Origin: an uncultured Clostridia bacterium
GTDB taxonomy: Bacteria; Bacillota; Clostridia; Oscillospirales; Oscillospiraceae
NCBI GenBank assembly: GCA_947365965.1
Contig: CANAZG010000004.1
Location: 2,919 to 66,918, forward strand
Length of the DNA stretch: 64,000 nt
Direction: 5' to 3'
Shown here: one piece after another, positions 26,834-36,920 of the stretch
Position numbering within the stretch: the stretch's first letter is position 1
Layout: the number at the start of each line of letters is the position of its first letter
The notes under the pieces: generated by a model
The model's database searches: none
What the model was told of the DNA's origin: nothing
What the model saw: only the letters and a program-made list of their open reading frames with translations
Program-made: the position numbers and the translations under genes

Positions 26834-28612
26834 ATGACACAGAATCGGACCCATACCTGCAACGAGCTCCGCATGGAGCACGTGGGGCAGAAGGTAAAGC
26901 TCTCCGGCTGGATGGAGAATGTGCGGGAGGTGGGGCAGAATTTCGCCTTTGTGATCCTCCGGGACTTCTACGGCACTACCCAGGTGGTCATTGAGACCGA
27001 GGAGATGATGGAGATCATCCACGGCCTGAACAAGGAGAGCGTGATCTCCGTGGAGGGCACGGTCCGGGAGCGGAGCAGCAAGAACAAGAACCTGCCCACC
27101 GGCGAAATAGAGGTGCTGCCGGAGCGGATCGAGGTGCTGGGCAAATGCCGGTATAACGAGCTCCCCTTCCAGATTGGCCGCAGCCGGGAGGCCGACGAGA
27201 CTCTGCGGCTGAAGCACCGCTATCTGGATCTCCGCAACCCAGAGGTGAAGAGCAACATTGTTCTGCGCTGCAACGTGGTCTCCGCCATCCGGCAGGCCAT
27301 GACGGACCACGGCTTCCTGGAGATCACCACCCCCATCCTCACCGCCTCCTCCCCCGAGGGGGCCCGGGACTACCTGGTGCCGGCCCGGAAGCATCCGGGC
27401 AAGTTCTACGCCCTGCCCCAGGCCCCCCAGCAGTTCAAGCAGCTGCTGATGGCCTCCGGCTTTGACAAGTACTTCCAGATCGCCCCCTGCTTCCGGGACG
27501 AGGACGCCCGGGGGGACCGCTCCCCCGGCGAGTTCTACCAGCTGGACATGGAGATGAGCTTTGCCACCCAGGACGACGTGTTCGCGGTGCTGGAGGACGT
27601 CTTCCCCCCCATCTTCGCCAAGTACGGCAAATATAACGTGGCCTCCACCGCCCCCTTCCGCCGCATCGGCTACCGGGAGGCCATGGAGACCTACGGCTCC
27701 GACAAGCCGGACCTCCGCATTGACCTGACGGTCCAGGACGCCACGGAGCTGCTGGCGGACTGCGGCTTTGAGCCCTTTGCCGGGAACACGGTGAAGGCCA
27801 TTGTGGTCACCGACTTCACCGCAGCCAGAAAGCAGATCGACAAGCTGTGCGCGGACGTGGAGGTCCAGGCGGGGAACAAGGCCTACTGGTTCCGGCTGGA
27901 CGAGAAGAGCGAGCTGGTGGGCGGCATCAGCAAGTTTGTGGCGGAGAGAAAGGACCAGGTTGTGGAGAAGCTGGGCCTGACGCCCGGGTGCTTCGTAGGC
28001 CTCACCGCCGGGAAGAAGGGCGCGGCCCAGAAGACCGCCGGCGTGCTCCGGTCCAAGCTGGGGGCCCTGTGCCCCAACCACATGGACAGGGAGCGGTACG
28101 AGTTCTGCTGGATCGTGGACTTCCCCATGTATGAGATCGGCGAAGAGAGCGGGGAGCTGGAGTTCTGCCACAACCCCTTCTCCATGCCCAACGGCGGCGC
28201 GGCCATTCTTGAAAGGGCCATTGCCGGGGAGGTGGATCCGCTGACCATCACCGCCTTCCAGTATGATCTGGTGTGCAACGGCGTGGAGCTCAGCTCCGGC
28301 GCGGTGCGCAACCACGATCCGGAGATCATGATTAAGGCCTTCCAGCTGGTGCGCCTGGGTGAGGACGACGTGAAGAGCAAGTTCCCCGCCATGTACAACG
28401 CCTTCTGCTACGGCGCACCCCCCCACGCCGGCATTGCCCCGGGCATTGACCGCATGGTCATGCTCCTGGCCGGCGAGGAGTCCATCCGGGAGATCATCCC
28501 CTTCCCCATGAACAAGAACGCCCAGGATATCATGATGGGCGCGCCCTCCGAGGTGGAGCAGCGGCAGCTGGATGAGCTGCACATTGCCGTGACCGCGGCG
28601 GAGGACCAGTAA
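26834..28612 (+). CDS. aspS: Aspartate--tRNA ligase
   Basis: 592 aa. Bacterial-type AspRS with an OB fold, FYALPQAPQQFKQLLM, an insertion domain and GIDRMVMLL. Confidence 0.92.
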   Translation: MTQNRTHTCNELRMEHVGQKVKLSGWMENVREVGQNFAFVILRDFYGTTQVVIETEEMMEIIHGLNKESVISVEGTVRERSSKNKNLPTGEIEVLPERIEVLGKCRYNELPFQIGRSREADETLRLKHRYLDLRNPEVKSNIVLRCNVVSAIRQAMTDHGFLEITTPILTASSPEGARDYLVPARKHPGKFYALPQAPQQFKQLLMASGFDKYFQIAPCFRDEDARGDRSPGEFYQLDMEMSFATQDDVFAVLEDVFPPIFAKYGKYNVASTAPFRRIGYREAMETYGSDKPDLRIDLTVQDATELLADCGFEPFAGNTVKAIVVTDFTAARKQIDKLCADVEVQAGNKAYWFRLDEKSELVGGISKFVAERKDQVVEKLGLTPGCFVGLTAGKKGAAQKTAGVLRSKLGALCPNHMDRERYEFCWIVDFPMYEIGEESGELEFCHNPFSMPNGGAAILERAIAGEVDPLTITAFQYDLVCNGVELSSGAVRNHDPEIMIKAFQLVRLGEDDVKSKFPAMYNAFCYGAPPHAGIAPGIDRMVMLLAGEESIREIIPFPMNKNAQDIMMGAPSEVEQRQLDELHIAVTAAEDQ

Positions 28613-28665
28613 GGTTATCATTCTTTTCTTTTGAAAAAGAAAAGAATCAAAAGAAAACTTTAACC
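28613..28665 (+). repeat. AT-rich hairpin repeat, copy 6 (F; left half of a doublet)
   Basis: GGTTATCATTCTTTTCTTTTGAAAAAGAAAAGAATCAAAAGAAAACTTTAACC, immediately after the aspS TAA. Confidence 0.85.
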
Positions 28666-28723
28666 GTGCTCCATCAGACTGCGGATATGCTTTCGATCAG
28701 CCTGCCGGCGGTAGGTGGACCAC

Positions 28724-28770
28724 GTCTAAAAGTTCTTTTTGCATACTTTTTCTTTCAAGAAAAAGTATGA
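28724..28770 (-). repeat. AT-rich hairpin repeat, copy 7 (R; right half of a doublet)
   Basis: GTCTAAAAGTTCTTTTTGCATACTTTTTCTTTCAAGAAAAAGTATGA. Ends 12 nt before the GH3 lipoprotein ATG. Confidence 0.85.
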
Positions 28771-28781
28771 GAGGAAAACGT

Positions 28782-30032
28782 ATGAAAAAATGGGCTTTCT
28801 TATTTCTCTGCGCCCTTCTGCTGCTGACGGGGTGCGGCAAGGAACAAATCGGAGTTTCTGTGGTGACCTATGGGGAGACTCCGCCTGGGGATACCCGCCC
28901 CGCTCCCCCGCCGGAGCCGGAACCCCCTCCGGAACCGGAGCCGCCCCCTGAGCCCGAGCCCCCGCCGGACCCCAGACAGGAGACCGTGGAGGCCCTTCTG
29001 GCGGAGATGACCCTGGAGGAGAAGGTGGGGCAGATGTTCTTTGTCCGGTGCCCGGACGTGGGAGCGGCGGAGAGGATCAGCGAGTACCATCTGGGGGGCT
29101 GTCTCCTCTTCACCAGGGATTTCAAGGACAGCGCCGGGGAGTGGCTCAGCGAGGAGGATTTTATCCAGAAGATCAGCGACTATCAGGAAATCTCCTCCCT
29201 CCCCCTGCTCATCGGCGTGGACGAGGAGGGGGGCACCGTGGCCCGGGCCAGCCGGAACCCCAACCTTTTTACAGAAAAATTCAAGTCGCCCCAGAAGGTA
29301 TTTTCCGCTGGCGGCATGGAGGCAATCGCGCTGGATGCCGTCGATAAAAACAGGGACCTGCTCCTCTATGGCATCAATGTCAACTTCGCCCCTGTGGCGG
29401 ACGTGTCCACCGATCCGGCGGACTTCATGTATGACCGGACCTTCGGCCAGGACGCCCAAGCCACGGCGGAGTACGTGGAGACCGTGGTAACGGCGGCCGG
29501 GGGCGTGTCCGTCGGCAATGGGGACGGGGTCTATAAAATCGGCGCTGTGCTCAAGCACTTCCCCGGCTACGGAGATAACCAGGACACCCACACCGGCGTG
29601 GCCATCGACGAGCGGCCCTATGAGCGGTTTCTGGAGGAGGACTTCCTCCCCTTCCAGGCCGGCATTGAGGCCGGAGCCGGGGCGGTGCTTATGAGCCACA
29701 ATGTGGTGGTGTCCATGGACCCGGACCTGCCCGCCTCCCTGTCCCCGGAGGTCCACCGGATCCTCCGGGAGGAGCTGGACTTCCAGGGGGTGATCCTCAC
29801 CGACGACATGGCTATGGACGCGGTGGAGAGCTATGCCCGGGATGGGTCCGCCGCCGTACTGGCCGTGCTGGCGGGAAACGACATGATCGTCACCAGCGAC
29901 TTTGCCCGCCAGATCCCCCAGGTAGTGGAGGCCATAAACGGCGGAACCATTGACAAGACCCTGATTGACCGGGCTGTGGAGCGTGTGCTGGGCTGGAAAT
30001 ACGATCTGGGGTTATTGGGAGGCGTAGTATGA
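28782..30032 (+). CDS. Glycoside hydrolase family 3 lipoprotein (beta-N-acetylhexosaminidase, NagZ-like)
   Basis: Start moved to ATG 28782 (MKKWAFLFLCALLLLTGC lipobox). A (PEPEPP)n linker, then a GH3 N-terminal domain with KHFPGYG. Confidence 0.8.
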   Translation: MKKWAFLFLCALLLLTGCGKEQIGVSVVTYGETPPGDTRPAPPPEPEPPPEPEPPPEPEPPPDPRQETVEALLAEMTLEEKVGQMFFVRCPDVGAAERISEYHLGGCLLFTRDFKDSAGEWLSEEDFIQKISDYQEISSLPLLIGVDEEGGTVARASRNPNLFTEKFKSPQKVFSAGGMEAIALDAVDKNRDLLLYGINVNFAPVADVSTDPADFMYDRTFGQDAQATAEYVETVVTAAGGVSVGNGDGVYKIGAVLKHFPGYGDNQDTHTGVAIDERPYERFLEEDFLPFQAGIEAGAGAVLMSHNVVVSMDPDLPASLSPEVHRILREELDFQGVILTDDMAMDAVESYARDGSAAVLAVLAGNDMIVTSDFARQIPQVVEAINGGTIDKTLIDRAVERVLGWKYDLGLLGGVV

Positions 30033-31168
30033 CAGAGAAATTATACTATAAGAACTCGTTTTTGACAGAATTTACCGGGACCGTCCTCTCCTGCCAAGAG
30101 GACAAGGGGGGCTGGGCGGTGACCCTGGACCGGACTGCCTTCTACCCCGAGGGGGGCGGCCAGCCGGCGGACCAGGGCGTCCTGGGCGGCTCTGCCGTTA
30201 CGGATGTCCGGGAGCGGGACGGGGAGATCGTCCATATCTGCGCCGGTCCCCTCCCCGTGGGGGAGAGCGTGTCCGGACAGGTGGACTTTGCCAGGCGGTT
30301 CGACTTCATGCAGCAGCACAGCGGCGAGCACATCGTCAGCGGCATCCTGTGCGGCCTGTTCCACTGCGCCAACGTGGGCTTCCACATCGGCCATGAGCTG
30401 GTGACCATCGACTTTGACGCCCAGCTGGCGCCGGAGGACGTGGAGGAGGTGGAGCGCCGGGCCAATCAGTACATCTGGGAGGACCGCGCCGTGGACATCT
30501 CCCTCCCCTCCCCTGCGGAGCTGGAGAAGCTGGCGTACCGGAGCAAGAAGGCCCTCACCGGACAGGTGCGGATTGTCTCCTGGCCCGGGGCGGACTGCTG
30601 CGCCTGCTGCGGCACCCACCTCCGGTCCAGCGGACAGGTGGGTCTGGTGAAGCTGATCTCCTGTCAGAAGTTCCGGGAGGGCGTGCGCATTGAGATGGCC
30701 GCCGGCGGCCGGGCCCTCCGTTGGGCCAACGTTGTGGCCGGCCAGAACGGCAGGATCTCCCAGCTCCTCTCCGCCAAGCCCGATGCCACCGCCCAGGCGG
30801 TGGAGCGGCTCCAGGGGGAGCTGTACGCCCTCCGGGGCCGGGTAGCGGCTCTGGAGGAGGCGGATTTTGCCCGGAAGGCGGACCAGCACAGGGACGCCGG
30901 GGATGTGCTGCTTCTAGAGGGCCCCATGGCGTCGGAGTCGGTGCGGAAGCTCTGCGGCGCGGTTCAGGCCGCCTGCGGCGGCCGGTGCGCCGTGTTCGCC
31001 GGCGCGGAGGAGAGCTGGCAGTACGCCATCAGCCAGCCCGGCGGGGACCTGCGGGAGCTGACCAAGGCGCTTAACGCCCGGCTCCAGGGCCGGGGCGGCG
31101 GCAAGCCGGCCTTTGTCCAGGGCAGCGTCCAGACCGGAGAGGAAGCAATCCGGGCCTTCTTTCAGTAG
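30029..31168 (+). CDS. Alanyl-tRNA editing protein (AlaX-L type)
   Basis: 379 aa. tRNA_SAD editing motifs HSGEH and CCACCGTH, plus a DHHA1-like C-terminus. Start overlaps the upstream stop. Confidence 0.8.
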   Translation: MTEKLYYKNSFLTEFTGTVLSCQEDKGGWAVTLDRTAFYPEGGGQPADQGVLGGSAVTDVRERDGEIVHICAGPLPVGESVSGQVDFARRFDFMQQHSGEHIVSGILCGLFHCANVGFHIGHELVTIDFDAQLAPEDVEEVERRANQYIWEDRAVDISLPSPAELEKLAYRSKKALTGQVRIVSWPGADCCACCGTHLRSSGQVGLVKLISCQKFREGVRIEMAAGGRALRWANVVAGQNGRISQLLSAKPDATAQAVERLQGELYALRGRVAALEEADFARKADQHRDAGDVLLLEGPMASESVRKLCGAVQAACGGRCAVFAGAEESWQYAISQPGGDLRELTKALNARLQGRGGGKPAFVQGSVQTGEEAIRAFFQ

Positions 31169-31187
31169 TGTTGTCAGGAAGAGAGAT

Positions 31188-31550
31188 ATGAGATATTTAC
31201 TACAGGCGGTCATTATTGCCGCCGTCACCTTTGCCGCAGAGATCATCAAGTACTTTGTGCCCCTGCCGGTGCCGGCCAGCATCTACGGTCTGCTGCTCCT
31301 CTTCGCCCTGCTGAAAAGCGGGATCCTGAAGCTGGAACAGATCGAGGACGTGGGGAACCTTCTGCTGGAGCTGATGCCCCTGCTGCTGGTACCCGCCTCG
31401 GTCAGCGTCCTCACCGCCCTGGACACCATTCAGAGGATGCTCCTGCCGGTGCTGGTGATGGGCTTCCTCGGCACCATAGCGGTGATGGCGGTCACGGGCC
31501 TGCTGTCCCAGTGGATGATCCGGAGAAAGGGGGAAAAGAGCCATGAGTGA
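31188..31550 (+). CDS. lrgA: CidA/LrgA family holin-like protein
   Basis: Start moved to ATG 31188. 120 aa with 4 TM helices, followed by an overlapping lrgB. Confidence 0.8.
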   Translation: MRYLLQAVIIAAVTFAAEIIKYFVPLPVPASIYGLLLLFALLKSGILKLEQIEDVGNLLLELMPLLLVPASVSVLTALDTIQRMLLPVLVMGFLGTIAVMAVTGLLSQWMIRRKGEKSHE

Positions 31551-32241
31551 TCTCTTCGCCTCCTCCGCCTTCTTTGGCCTGCTGCTGTCCGCCGGATCTT
31601 TTGAGCTGGCCCGGGCCGTCAACCGGAGGATGGGGCGGGAGGTGTGCAGCCCCCTGCTGTTCGCCACCCTGCTCTGCTGCGCCGTGCTGCTGCTGTCGGG
31701 CACGGACTACGAGATCTACTACGAGAGCGGGGGAAAGATGCTGGAGTACCTGCTGACCCCGGCCACCATCTGTCTGGCCATCCCCCTGTACCGGCAGTTT
31801 GCGCTGATGCGGAAGCACGCCGGCGCGGTGCTGGCCGGATGTCTGGCCGGCGTGGCCGCCCACATGGCCGGGTGCGCGGCCATGCTGGTCCTGTTCCGGA
31901 TGGAGGGGCCGGAGTATATCACCCTGCTGCCCAAGTCCATCACCACCGCCATCGGCAAGGGGCTCAGCCAGGAGCTGGGGGGCTATCCCGCCATCACCAT
32001 GGTCACCATCATGCTTACGGGCCTCTTCGGCGCGGTGGCCGCGCCCGCCCTCCTCCGCCTCTTCCGGATCACCGAGCCTATGGCCCAGGGTCTGGCCATT
32101 GGCGCCTCCTCCCACGCCGCCGGCACCTCCCGGGCCGTGGAGCTGGGGGATATCCAGGGAGCGGCCAGCAGTCTGGCCATTGTGGTTACGGGCCTGCTCA
32201 CCGTGGCGGCCGCGCCCCTGTTCGCGAAATTAGGGGGCTGA
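31543..32241 (+). CDS. lrgB: LrgB family protein
   Basis: 232 aa, multi-TM. 8-nt overlap with lrgA. Confidence 0.85.
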   Translation: MSDLFASSAFFGLLLSAGSFELARAVNRRMGREVCSPLLFATLLCCAVLLLSGTDYEIYYESGGKMLEYLLTPATICLAIPLYRQFALMRKHAGAVLAGCLAGVAAHMAGCAAMLVLFRMEGPEYITLLPKSITTAIGKGLSQELGGYPAITMVTIMLTGLFGAVAAPALLRLFRITEPMAQGLAIGASSHAAGTSRAVELGDIQGAASSLAIVVTGLLTVAAAPLFAKLGG

Positions 32242-32300
32242 GAAAGAAAGGTTAGAACCTGTGTAGTTCATCAAACCTGCGGAAATAAGGAGGAATTGCT

Positions 32301-32564
32301 ATGAAACAGTATGAAAACATGATGGAGGGCATTGTGGAGGAGGAGATGGAGGCGCTGCGGGACAGCCTCGGGTGCTGCATGTGCGAACAGTGCCGGAGCG
32401 ATATCGCCGCCCATGCCCTCAACCATCTGCCGCCCCGCTATGTGGTCTCTCGGGCCGGCGGAGCGATCAGCAAGGCGGACAGCCTGCGCATCCAGCATCA
32501 CACAGATGTGCGCACGGCGATTATGCTGGCCGCCCAGGTGGTCAAGGAATTTCCCAGGCACTGA
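32301..32564 (+). CDS. Late competence development protein ComFB-like
   Basis: 87 aa. Cys motif CCMCEQCRSDIAAHALNHLPPRY typical of ComFB. Confidence 0.7.
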   Translation: MKQYENMMEGIVEEEMEALRDSLGCCMCEQCRSDIAAHALNHLPPRYVVSRAGGAISKADSLRIQHHTDVRTAIMLAAQVVKEFPRH

Positions 32565-32629
32565 GATATCTGTTTCCCCCTCATCGGGCAAAAGGTCCCT
32601 CCGGCACAGCCGGAGGGACCTTTTCCGCT

Positions 32630-34489
32630 TCATTCATACAAAAATTCATTGCGCCAGTACTGCTGGAGATAGAGAAACTCCTGAAACAGGGCCTGACGGT
32701 CCTCCGGGATGTCGGACATGAGCTGGCCGTCCACCATGGTGAGGCCGCTGACGCTGCTGACAATGGGGAACACGTTCATCATGCCGGTCATGGCCTGCAT
32801 GAAAGCCGGGCCCTCCCACCCCAGCTGCTGGAACACCAGATTCATCAGGTAGCAGGGGGAGATGTCCGGGCCCTGACCCTGGAGGTCCTGGCCCAGCAGG
32901 GCCCTGGCCGCATCGTTGGCCCAGATGAGATACCGGGTGGTGTAGTGGCGGTAGAACCCCTCCTCCGTGCCCGGATCAACGTCGATGCCCATCTCCTCAT
33001 AGAAGGCGTTGCCGTCCCCCATCCAGGGCAGGTGGTCCCCAAAGGTCACCAGCACCACCGGCTCCTCGTCGCCCCGCAGCTGGTCCATCAGCTTGGCCAG
33101 CTCCCGGTCCGTCTCCCAGATGGTGGCGAGGTAGTAGTTCATGGCGTTGCGGCAGGCCAGGGAGTAGGTCTCGCCGGCAAAGTAGTCCGGGGAGCCGGTG
33201 TCCCAGGTGGCGTAGGGGCCGTGGCTCTGGACGTTGACGGAAAAGGAGAAGTAGGGCCTGCCAGTGGCCTTGTTCTTCTGGAAATCGCTGTAGATCTCCG
33301 GGAGAAGAACAGCGTCCTCCGGGTAGATGGCGGCGGAGCGGGTCTCGTAGTCCCCCTCATAGTAGCGGTACCGCTCAAAGCCCAGATAGCAGTTGATATT
33401 CTGGCGGTTGTAGAACCACTGATAGTAGGGGTGGCTGCCCTCCACCGTGTAGCCCTGGTCCCGGAGGTACCAGAGGTAGGAGTTGGCATTGGAGCGGAAG
33501 TTTTTCAACTGGTGGTTGCCCGTGAGGAAGCACCGCTCCGTGTCCACGGTACCGCCGGCGAAGATGTTGGTCACCAGATTTCCGGTGAGGCTCTCCGCCT
33601 CCAGCTGGTGATAGAGGTCATAGCCGCTGAGGTCCAGGCCGGATACGCCATACCGTGAGAAATCCACATAGGCCTCCCGCATGAGGGCGATGATATTGAT
33701 CCGCCGGTCCGATGGAATGTCGCTGTCCTGGTAGGCGGAGAGAAGATCTCTGGCCTCCGACTTGTGGTACCCCGCCGGCGGGGTCTCGATAAAGTCGCCG
33801 ATGCTGTGGAAAAAGGGGTAGGCGAAGCCATGGGCAACATAGTTCTGGGTGGCGCTCCAGCGGTTGAGGCAGTCGTAATTTTCCACGCTGTCATAGAGCT
33901 CCGCATTCAGATACACCGGGGACAGGGCGGCGGAGACCGCCAGGGCCGCCAGTGCCGGCGCCAGACGGCGCTTCCAGCCCCGGACTTTGCCGGGCGTCAG
34001 CAGGAAGAGGAGAAGAGCCCCCAGCAGCAGGCAGAACAGGGGCGCCCCGATATTCAGGTCAAAAAACAGGCTGTAGCGGTCCCCCGAGGCCATGGCCTTG
34101 GCCTCCCGGAGGATGAGCATGTCCTCAAAGTAGAGGGGATCATCCCGGAACTGGAGCTTGTAGTAGTTGCCCAGGCTGAAGCCCAGGGCAATGCCGCCGC
34201 CGGCCAGGAAGGCGGTCCAGGCCCGGCCCAGAGCGCCGTAAAACAGCAGGACCAGCAGGGCCACGGGGACCGCGTTCAGCGTCAGGATCAGCCAGCTCCG
34301 GAGATAGCCGGAGATGATGTCGTTGGGATAGGGCCCGATGGCCAGCGCCAGCAGGACCAGCCCCATGCACAGTCCCGCCAGGACCACCATGGTCAGCCGG
34401 TAGACGGTGCGGACGGTCCGCCGCCACTGGGGCCAGTCCGGGTCCGGGTCAGCCCTCAGAAAGAAAAATCGGTCCAGAAGCTTTCTCAC
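32630..34489 (-). CDS. LTA synthase family (sulfatase-like) membrane protein
   Basis: 619 aa. GTG start with an AGGGGG SD. About 5 N-terminal TM helices and an extracellular alkaline-phosphatase/sulfatase-like domain. Confidence 0.8.
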   Translation of the reverse strand: MRKLLDRFFFLRADPDPDWPQWRRTVRTVYRLTMVVLAGLCMGLVLLALAIGPYPNDIISGYLRSWLILTLNAVPVALLVLLFYGALGRAWTAFLAGGGIALGFSLGNYYKLQFRDDPLYFEDMLILREAKAMASGDRYSLFFDLNIGAPLFCLLLGALLLFLLTPGKVRGWKRRLAPALAALAVSAALSPVYLNAELYDSVENYDCLNRWSATQNYVAHGFAYPFFHSIGDFIETPPAGYHKSEARDLLSAYQDSDIPSDRRINIIALMREAYVDFSRYGVSGLDLSGYDLYHQLEAESLTGNLVTNIFAGGTVDTERCFLTGNHQLKNFRSNANSYLWYLRDQGYTVEGSHPYYQWFYNRQNINCYLGFERYRYYEGDYETRSAAIYPEDAVLLPEIYSDFQKNKATGRPYFSFSVNVQSHGPYATWDTGSPDYFAGETYSLACRNAMNYYLATIWETDRELAKLMDQLRGDEEPVVLVTFGDHLPWMGDGNAFYEEMGIDVDPGTEEGFYRHYTTRYLIWANDAARALLGQDLQGQGPDISPCYLMNLVFQQLGWEGPAFMQAMTGMMNVFPIVSSVSGLTMVDGQLMSDIPEDRQALFQEFLYLQQYWRNEFLYE

Positions 34490-34537
34490 GCCATCAACCC
34501 CCTAAAAGGTAGACATTCCTCTTCTCTCTACGGCCTC

Positions 34538-34565
34538 AGGGGCGGACGAAAAAAGAATCAGAAGG
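34538..34565 (+). repeat. AT-rich hairpin repeat, half-copy remnant
   Basis: ACGAAAAAAGAATCAGAAGGAAC resembles the right arm plus tail (AGAAAAAGAATCAAAAAGAAC). The left arm is absent. Confidence 0.4.
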
Positions 34566-34609
34566 AACCCAGGCCGGAGCGGCCCTCGTTCCTTGTCCTA
34601 ACTCCAGAT

Positions 34610-34638
34610 ATTATAGTCCATTTTCCCCGTTTTGACAA
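34610..34638 (-). promoter_or_regulatory. Candidate promoter of the LtaS-like gene
   Basis: On the minus strand: TTGTCA (34633-34638), 17-nt spacer, TATAAT (34610-34615). Confidence 0.6.
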
Positions 34639-34780
34639 GGGGACAGACATTAGGAATTGTTTAGGTTTCTTTTACAAAGGCTTCCTTACAGGGGCGGGGA
34701 GAGGCGGAGCAGGCGCTGAGGACAGCAAAAAGCGGACAGGCGCTCTGTCCGCTTTCCCCGCAAAGGCCGCTGGAGGTCCT

Positions 34781-35101
34781 CTAGGATTTCCGGTGAAACG
34801 CGCCCCCTATGCCGGTCCCAATGAGGACGACGACGGCATAAACCGGCCCATAGATCCAGGCGGATGAATTGTAATAGATGAAAATGGTGGGGATAAACAG
34901 CAGAAGGGCTGCGGCCGGAAGGATCAGGCTAAAGCCGATGCGCATCCCGCAGACAAGGGCCGAAATAAGCGCGGCCAGGGGCATGATGCACAGCATGAGA
35001 AGCATGGCCGATCCTGTATCCCTAGCCAGAAGGGGGAGAAGATAGAAATCCAGGCCCAGTATGACCACATAGGGCAAAAGAGACTTAAGATTTGTTTTCA
35101 T
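34781..35101 (-). CDS. Hypothetical integral membrane protein
   Basis: 106-aa ORF with about 4 TM helices. Followed by the terminator hairpin AAGCGGACAG/CTGTCCGCTT plus a T-run (about 34731-34760). Confidence 0.55.
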   Translation of the reverse strand: MKTNLKSLLPYVVILGLDFYLLPLLARDTGSAMLLMLCIMPLAALISALVCGMRIGFSLILPAAALLLFIPTIFIYYNSSAWIYGPVYAVVVLIGTGIGGAFHRKS

Positions 35102-35192
35102 ATTTCATCCTCTGATATAAGAACCTGCATTCATGGCCGGCGGGGTCCGGCGCAGCGCCGGACCCCGCCGTCATCTTATCAAACGCTTGCCC

Positions 35193-36617
35193 TTAATAGG
35201 CCAGCCGCTGCTCCAGCCAGGAGCGCAGCTCGCTGATGGGGATCCGATCCTGCTGCATGGAGTCCCGCTCCCGGATGGTTACGCAGTTGTCCGCCGGAGT
35301 CTTGTCGTCCCCCACGGTCTCAAAGTCCACGGTGATGCAGTAGGGCGTGCCCACCTCGTCCTGACGGCGGTAGCGCTTGCCGATGGAGCCCGCGTCGTCA
35401 TAGTCCACCATCCAGTACTTGGCCAGCTCTCCCTGGATCTCCAGGGCCTTTTCGCTGAGCTTCTTCGACAGGGGCAGCACCGCCGCCTTGAAGGGGGCCA
35501 GGGCCGGGTGGAGACGCAGAACCGTGCGCACGTCGTTCTTCTCCGGGTCCACCACCTCCTCGTCGTAGGCGTTGCACAGGAAGGCCAGCAGCATCCGCTC
35601 CACGCCCAGGGAGGGCTCGATAACATAGGGGATATACCGCTCGTTGGCCTCCTGGTCAAAGTACGTCAGATCCTTGCCGGAGGTGGTCTGGTGGGCGGTC
35701 AGGTCAAAGCTGGTCCGGCTGGCCACGCCCCACAGCTCGCCCCACTCCGTGAAGGGGAAGGCGAACTCAAAGTCCGTGGTGGCGTTGGAGTAGTGGCTCA
35801 GCTCCTCGGGATCGTGGTCCCGCAGCCGCAGGTTCTCCTCCTTGATGCCCAGATCCAGCAGCCACTGGCGGCAGAAGTTCTTCCAGTAGGCGAACCACTC
35901 CAGCTCCGTGCCCGGCTTGCAGAAGAACTCCAGCTCCATCTGCTCAAACTCCCGGGTGCGGAAGATGAAGTTGCCCGGGGTGATCTCGTTGCGGAAGCTC
36001 TTGCCGATCTGGCACACGCCGAAGGGCAGCTTCCGGCGGGTGGACCGCTGGACGTTGAGGAAGTTGGTAAAGATGCCCTGGGCGGTCTCCGGACGGAGAT
36101 AGACCGTGTTCTTCGCATCCTCCGTGACGCCCTGGAAGGTCTTGAACATGAGGTTGAACTTGCGGATATCGGTGAAATTGTGCTTGCCGCAGGTGGGACA
36201 GGGGATCTGGTGCTCGTCAATAAAAGCCTTCATCTCCTCCTGTGAGAAGGCGTCCACCGGCTTGCCCAGGTCAAAGTCGTGCTCCTGGGCCCAGTCCTCC
36301 ATCAGCTTGTCGGCCCGGAACCGCTCCTTGCACTCCTTGCAGTCCATCAGCGGGTCGGAAAAGCCGCCCACGTGGCCCGAGGCCACCCACACCTGGGGAT
36401 TCATGAGGATAGCCGCGTCCAGGCCCACGTTGTAGGGGTTCTCCTGGACGAACTTCTTCCACCAGGCCCGCTTGACGTTGTTTTTCAGCTCCACGCCCAG
36501 GGGGCCGTAGTCCCAGGTGTTGGCGAGGCCGCCGTAGATCTCGCTTCCGGCGAAGATAAAGCCCCGGCCCTTGCACAGGGCCACGATTTTTTCCATGGTC
36601 TTTTCGGTCTTCTTCAT
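35193..36617 (-). CDS. glyQS: Glycine--tRNA ligase (alpha2 GlyQS type)
   Basis: ORF track gives 35193..36800. Start moved to ATG 36617 ([41 protein letters not shown]). A T-box leader lies upstream. Confidence 0.9.
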   Translation of the reverse strand: MKKTEKTMEKIVALCKGRGFIFAGSEIYGGLANTWDYGPLGVELKNNVKRAWWKKFVQENPYNVGLDAAILMNPQVWVASGHVGGFSDPLMDCKECKERFRADKLMEDWAQEHDFDLGKPVDAFSQEEMKAFIDEHQIPCPTCGKHNFTDIRKFNLMFKTFQGVTEDAKNTVYLRPETAQGIFTNFLNVQRSTRRKLPFGVCQIGKSFRNEITPGNFIFRTREFEQMELEFFCKPGTELEWFAYWKNFCRQWLLDLGIKEENLRLRDHDPEELSHYSNATTDFEFAFPFTEWGELWGVASRTSFDLTAHQTTSGKDLTYFDQEANERYIPYVIEPSLGVERMLLAFLCNAYDEEVVDPEKNDVRTVLRLHPALAPFKAAVLPLSKKLSEKALEIQGELAKYWMVDYDDAGSIGKRYRRQDEVGTPYCITVDFETVGDDKTPADNCVTIRERDSMQQDRIPISELRSWLEQRLAY

Positions 36618-36674
36618 AATGTCTAACGCTCCTTTTCCATACATAATATTGGCCGGAGGGGCGGAAAATAATCG

Positions 36675-36913
36675 CTGGCCAAAAATAAAACGCCCCGAGC
36701 CAGCCGGCTCAGGGCGAACAGTGACTGTCCGTGGTTCCACCTGATTTCGGGCCCGCAGGCCCGCACTCGCTGCCGGTAACGGTGGCTCCCGGCGGGGCAT
36801 TGCCTCCCCGCAGCTCAGAGACGCCCTTCCTCCCGCGCTTCACAGGGACTTGCACCAGCCGTCCCCTCTCTGACGATCCGCCCGGAAGTACTTCTTCTCT
36901 TCAATGCCTTTAT
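36675..36913 (-). promoter_or_regulatory. T-box leader (Gly, GGC specifier) of glyQS
   Basis: On the minus strand: AGUA and AGAGA stem I elements, specifier GGC, T-box AAATCAGGTGGAACCACGG (UGGA matches discriminator U73), terminator GCCCTGAGCCGGCTGGCTCGGGGC plus TTTTATTTTT. Confidence 0.85.
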
Positions 36914-36920
36914 GGGGGAC

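Noticed and set aside
28880-28975. The (PEPEPP)n-encoding repeat as an independent repeat element or a collagen-like gene.
   Set aside because: It lies in frame within the GH3 lipoprotein, directly after the lipobox. It is a typical Pro/Glu-rich tether linker.
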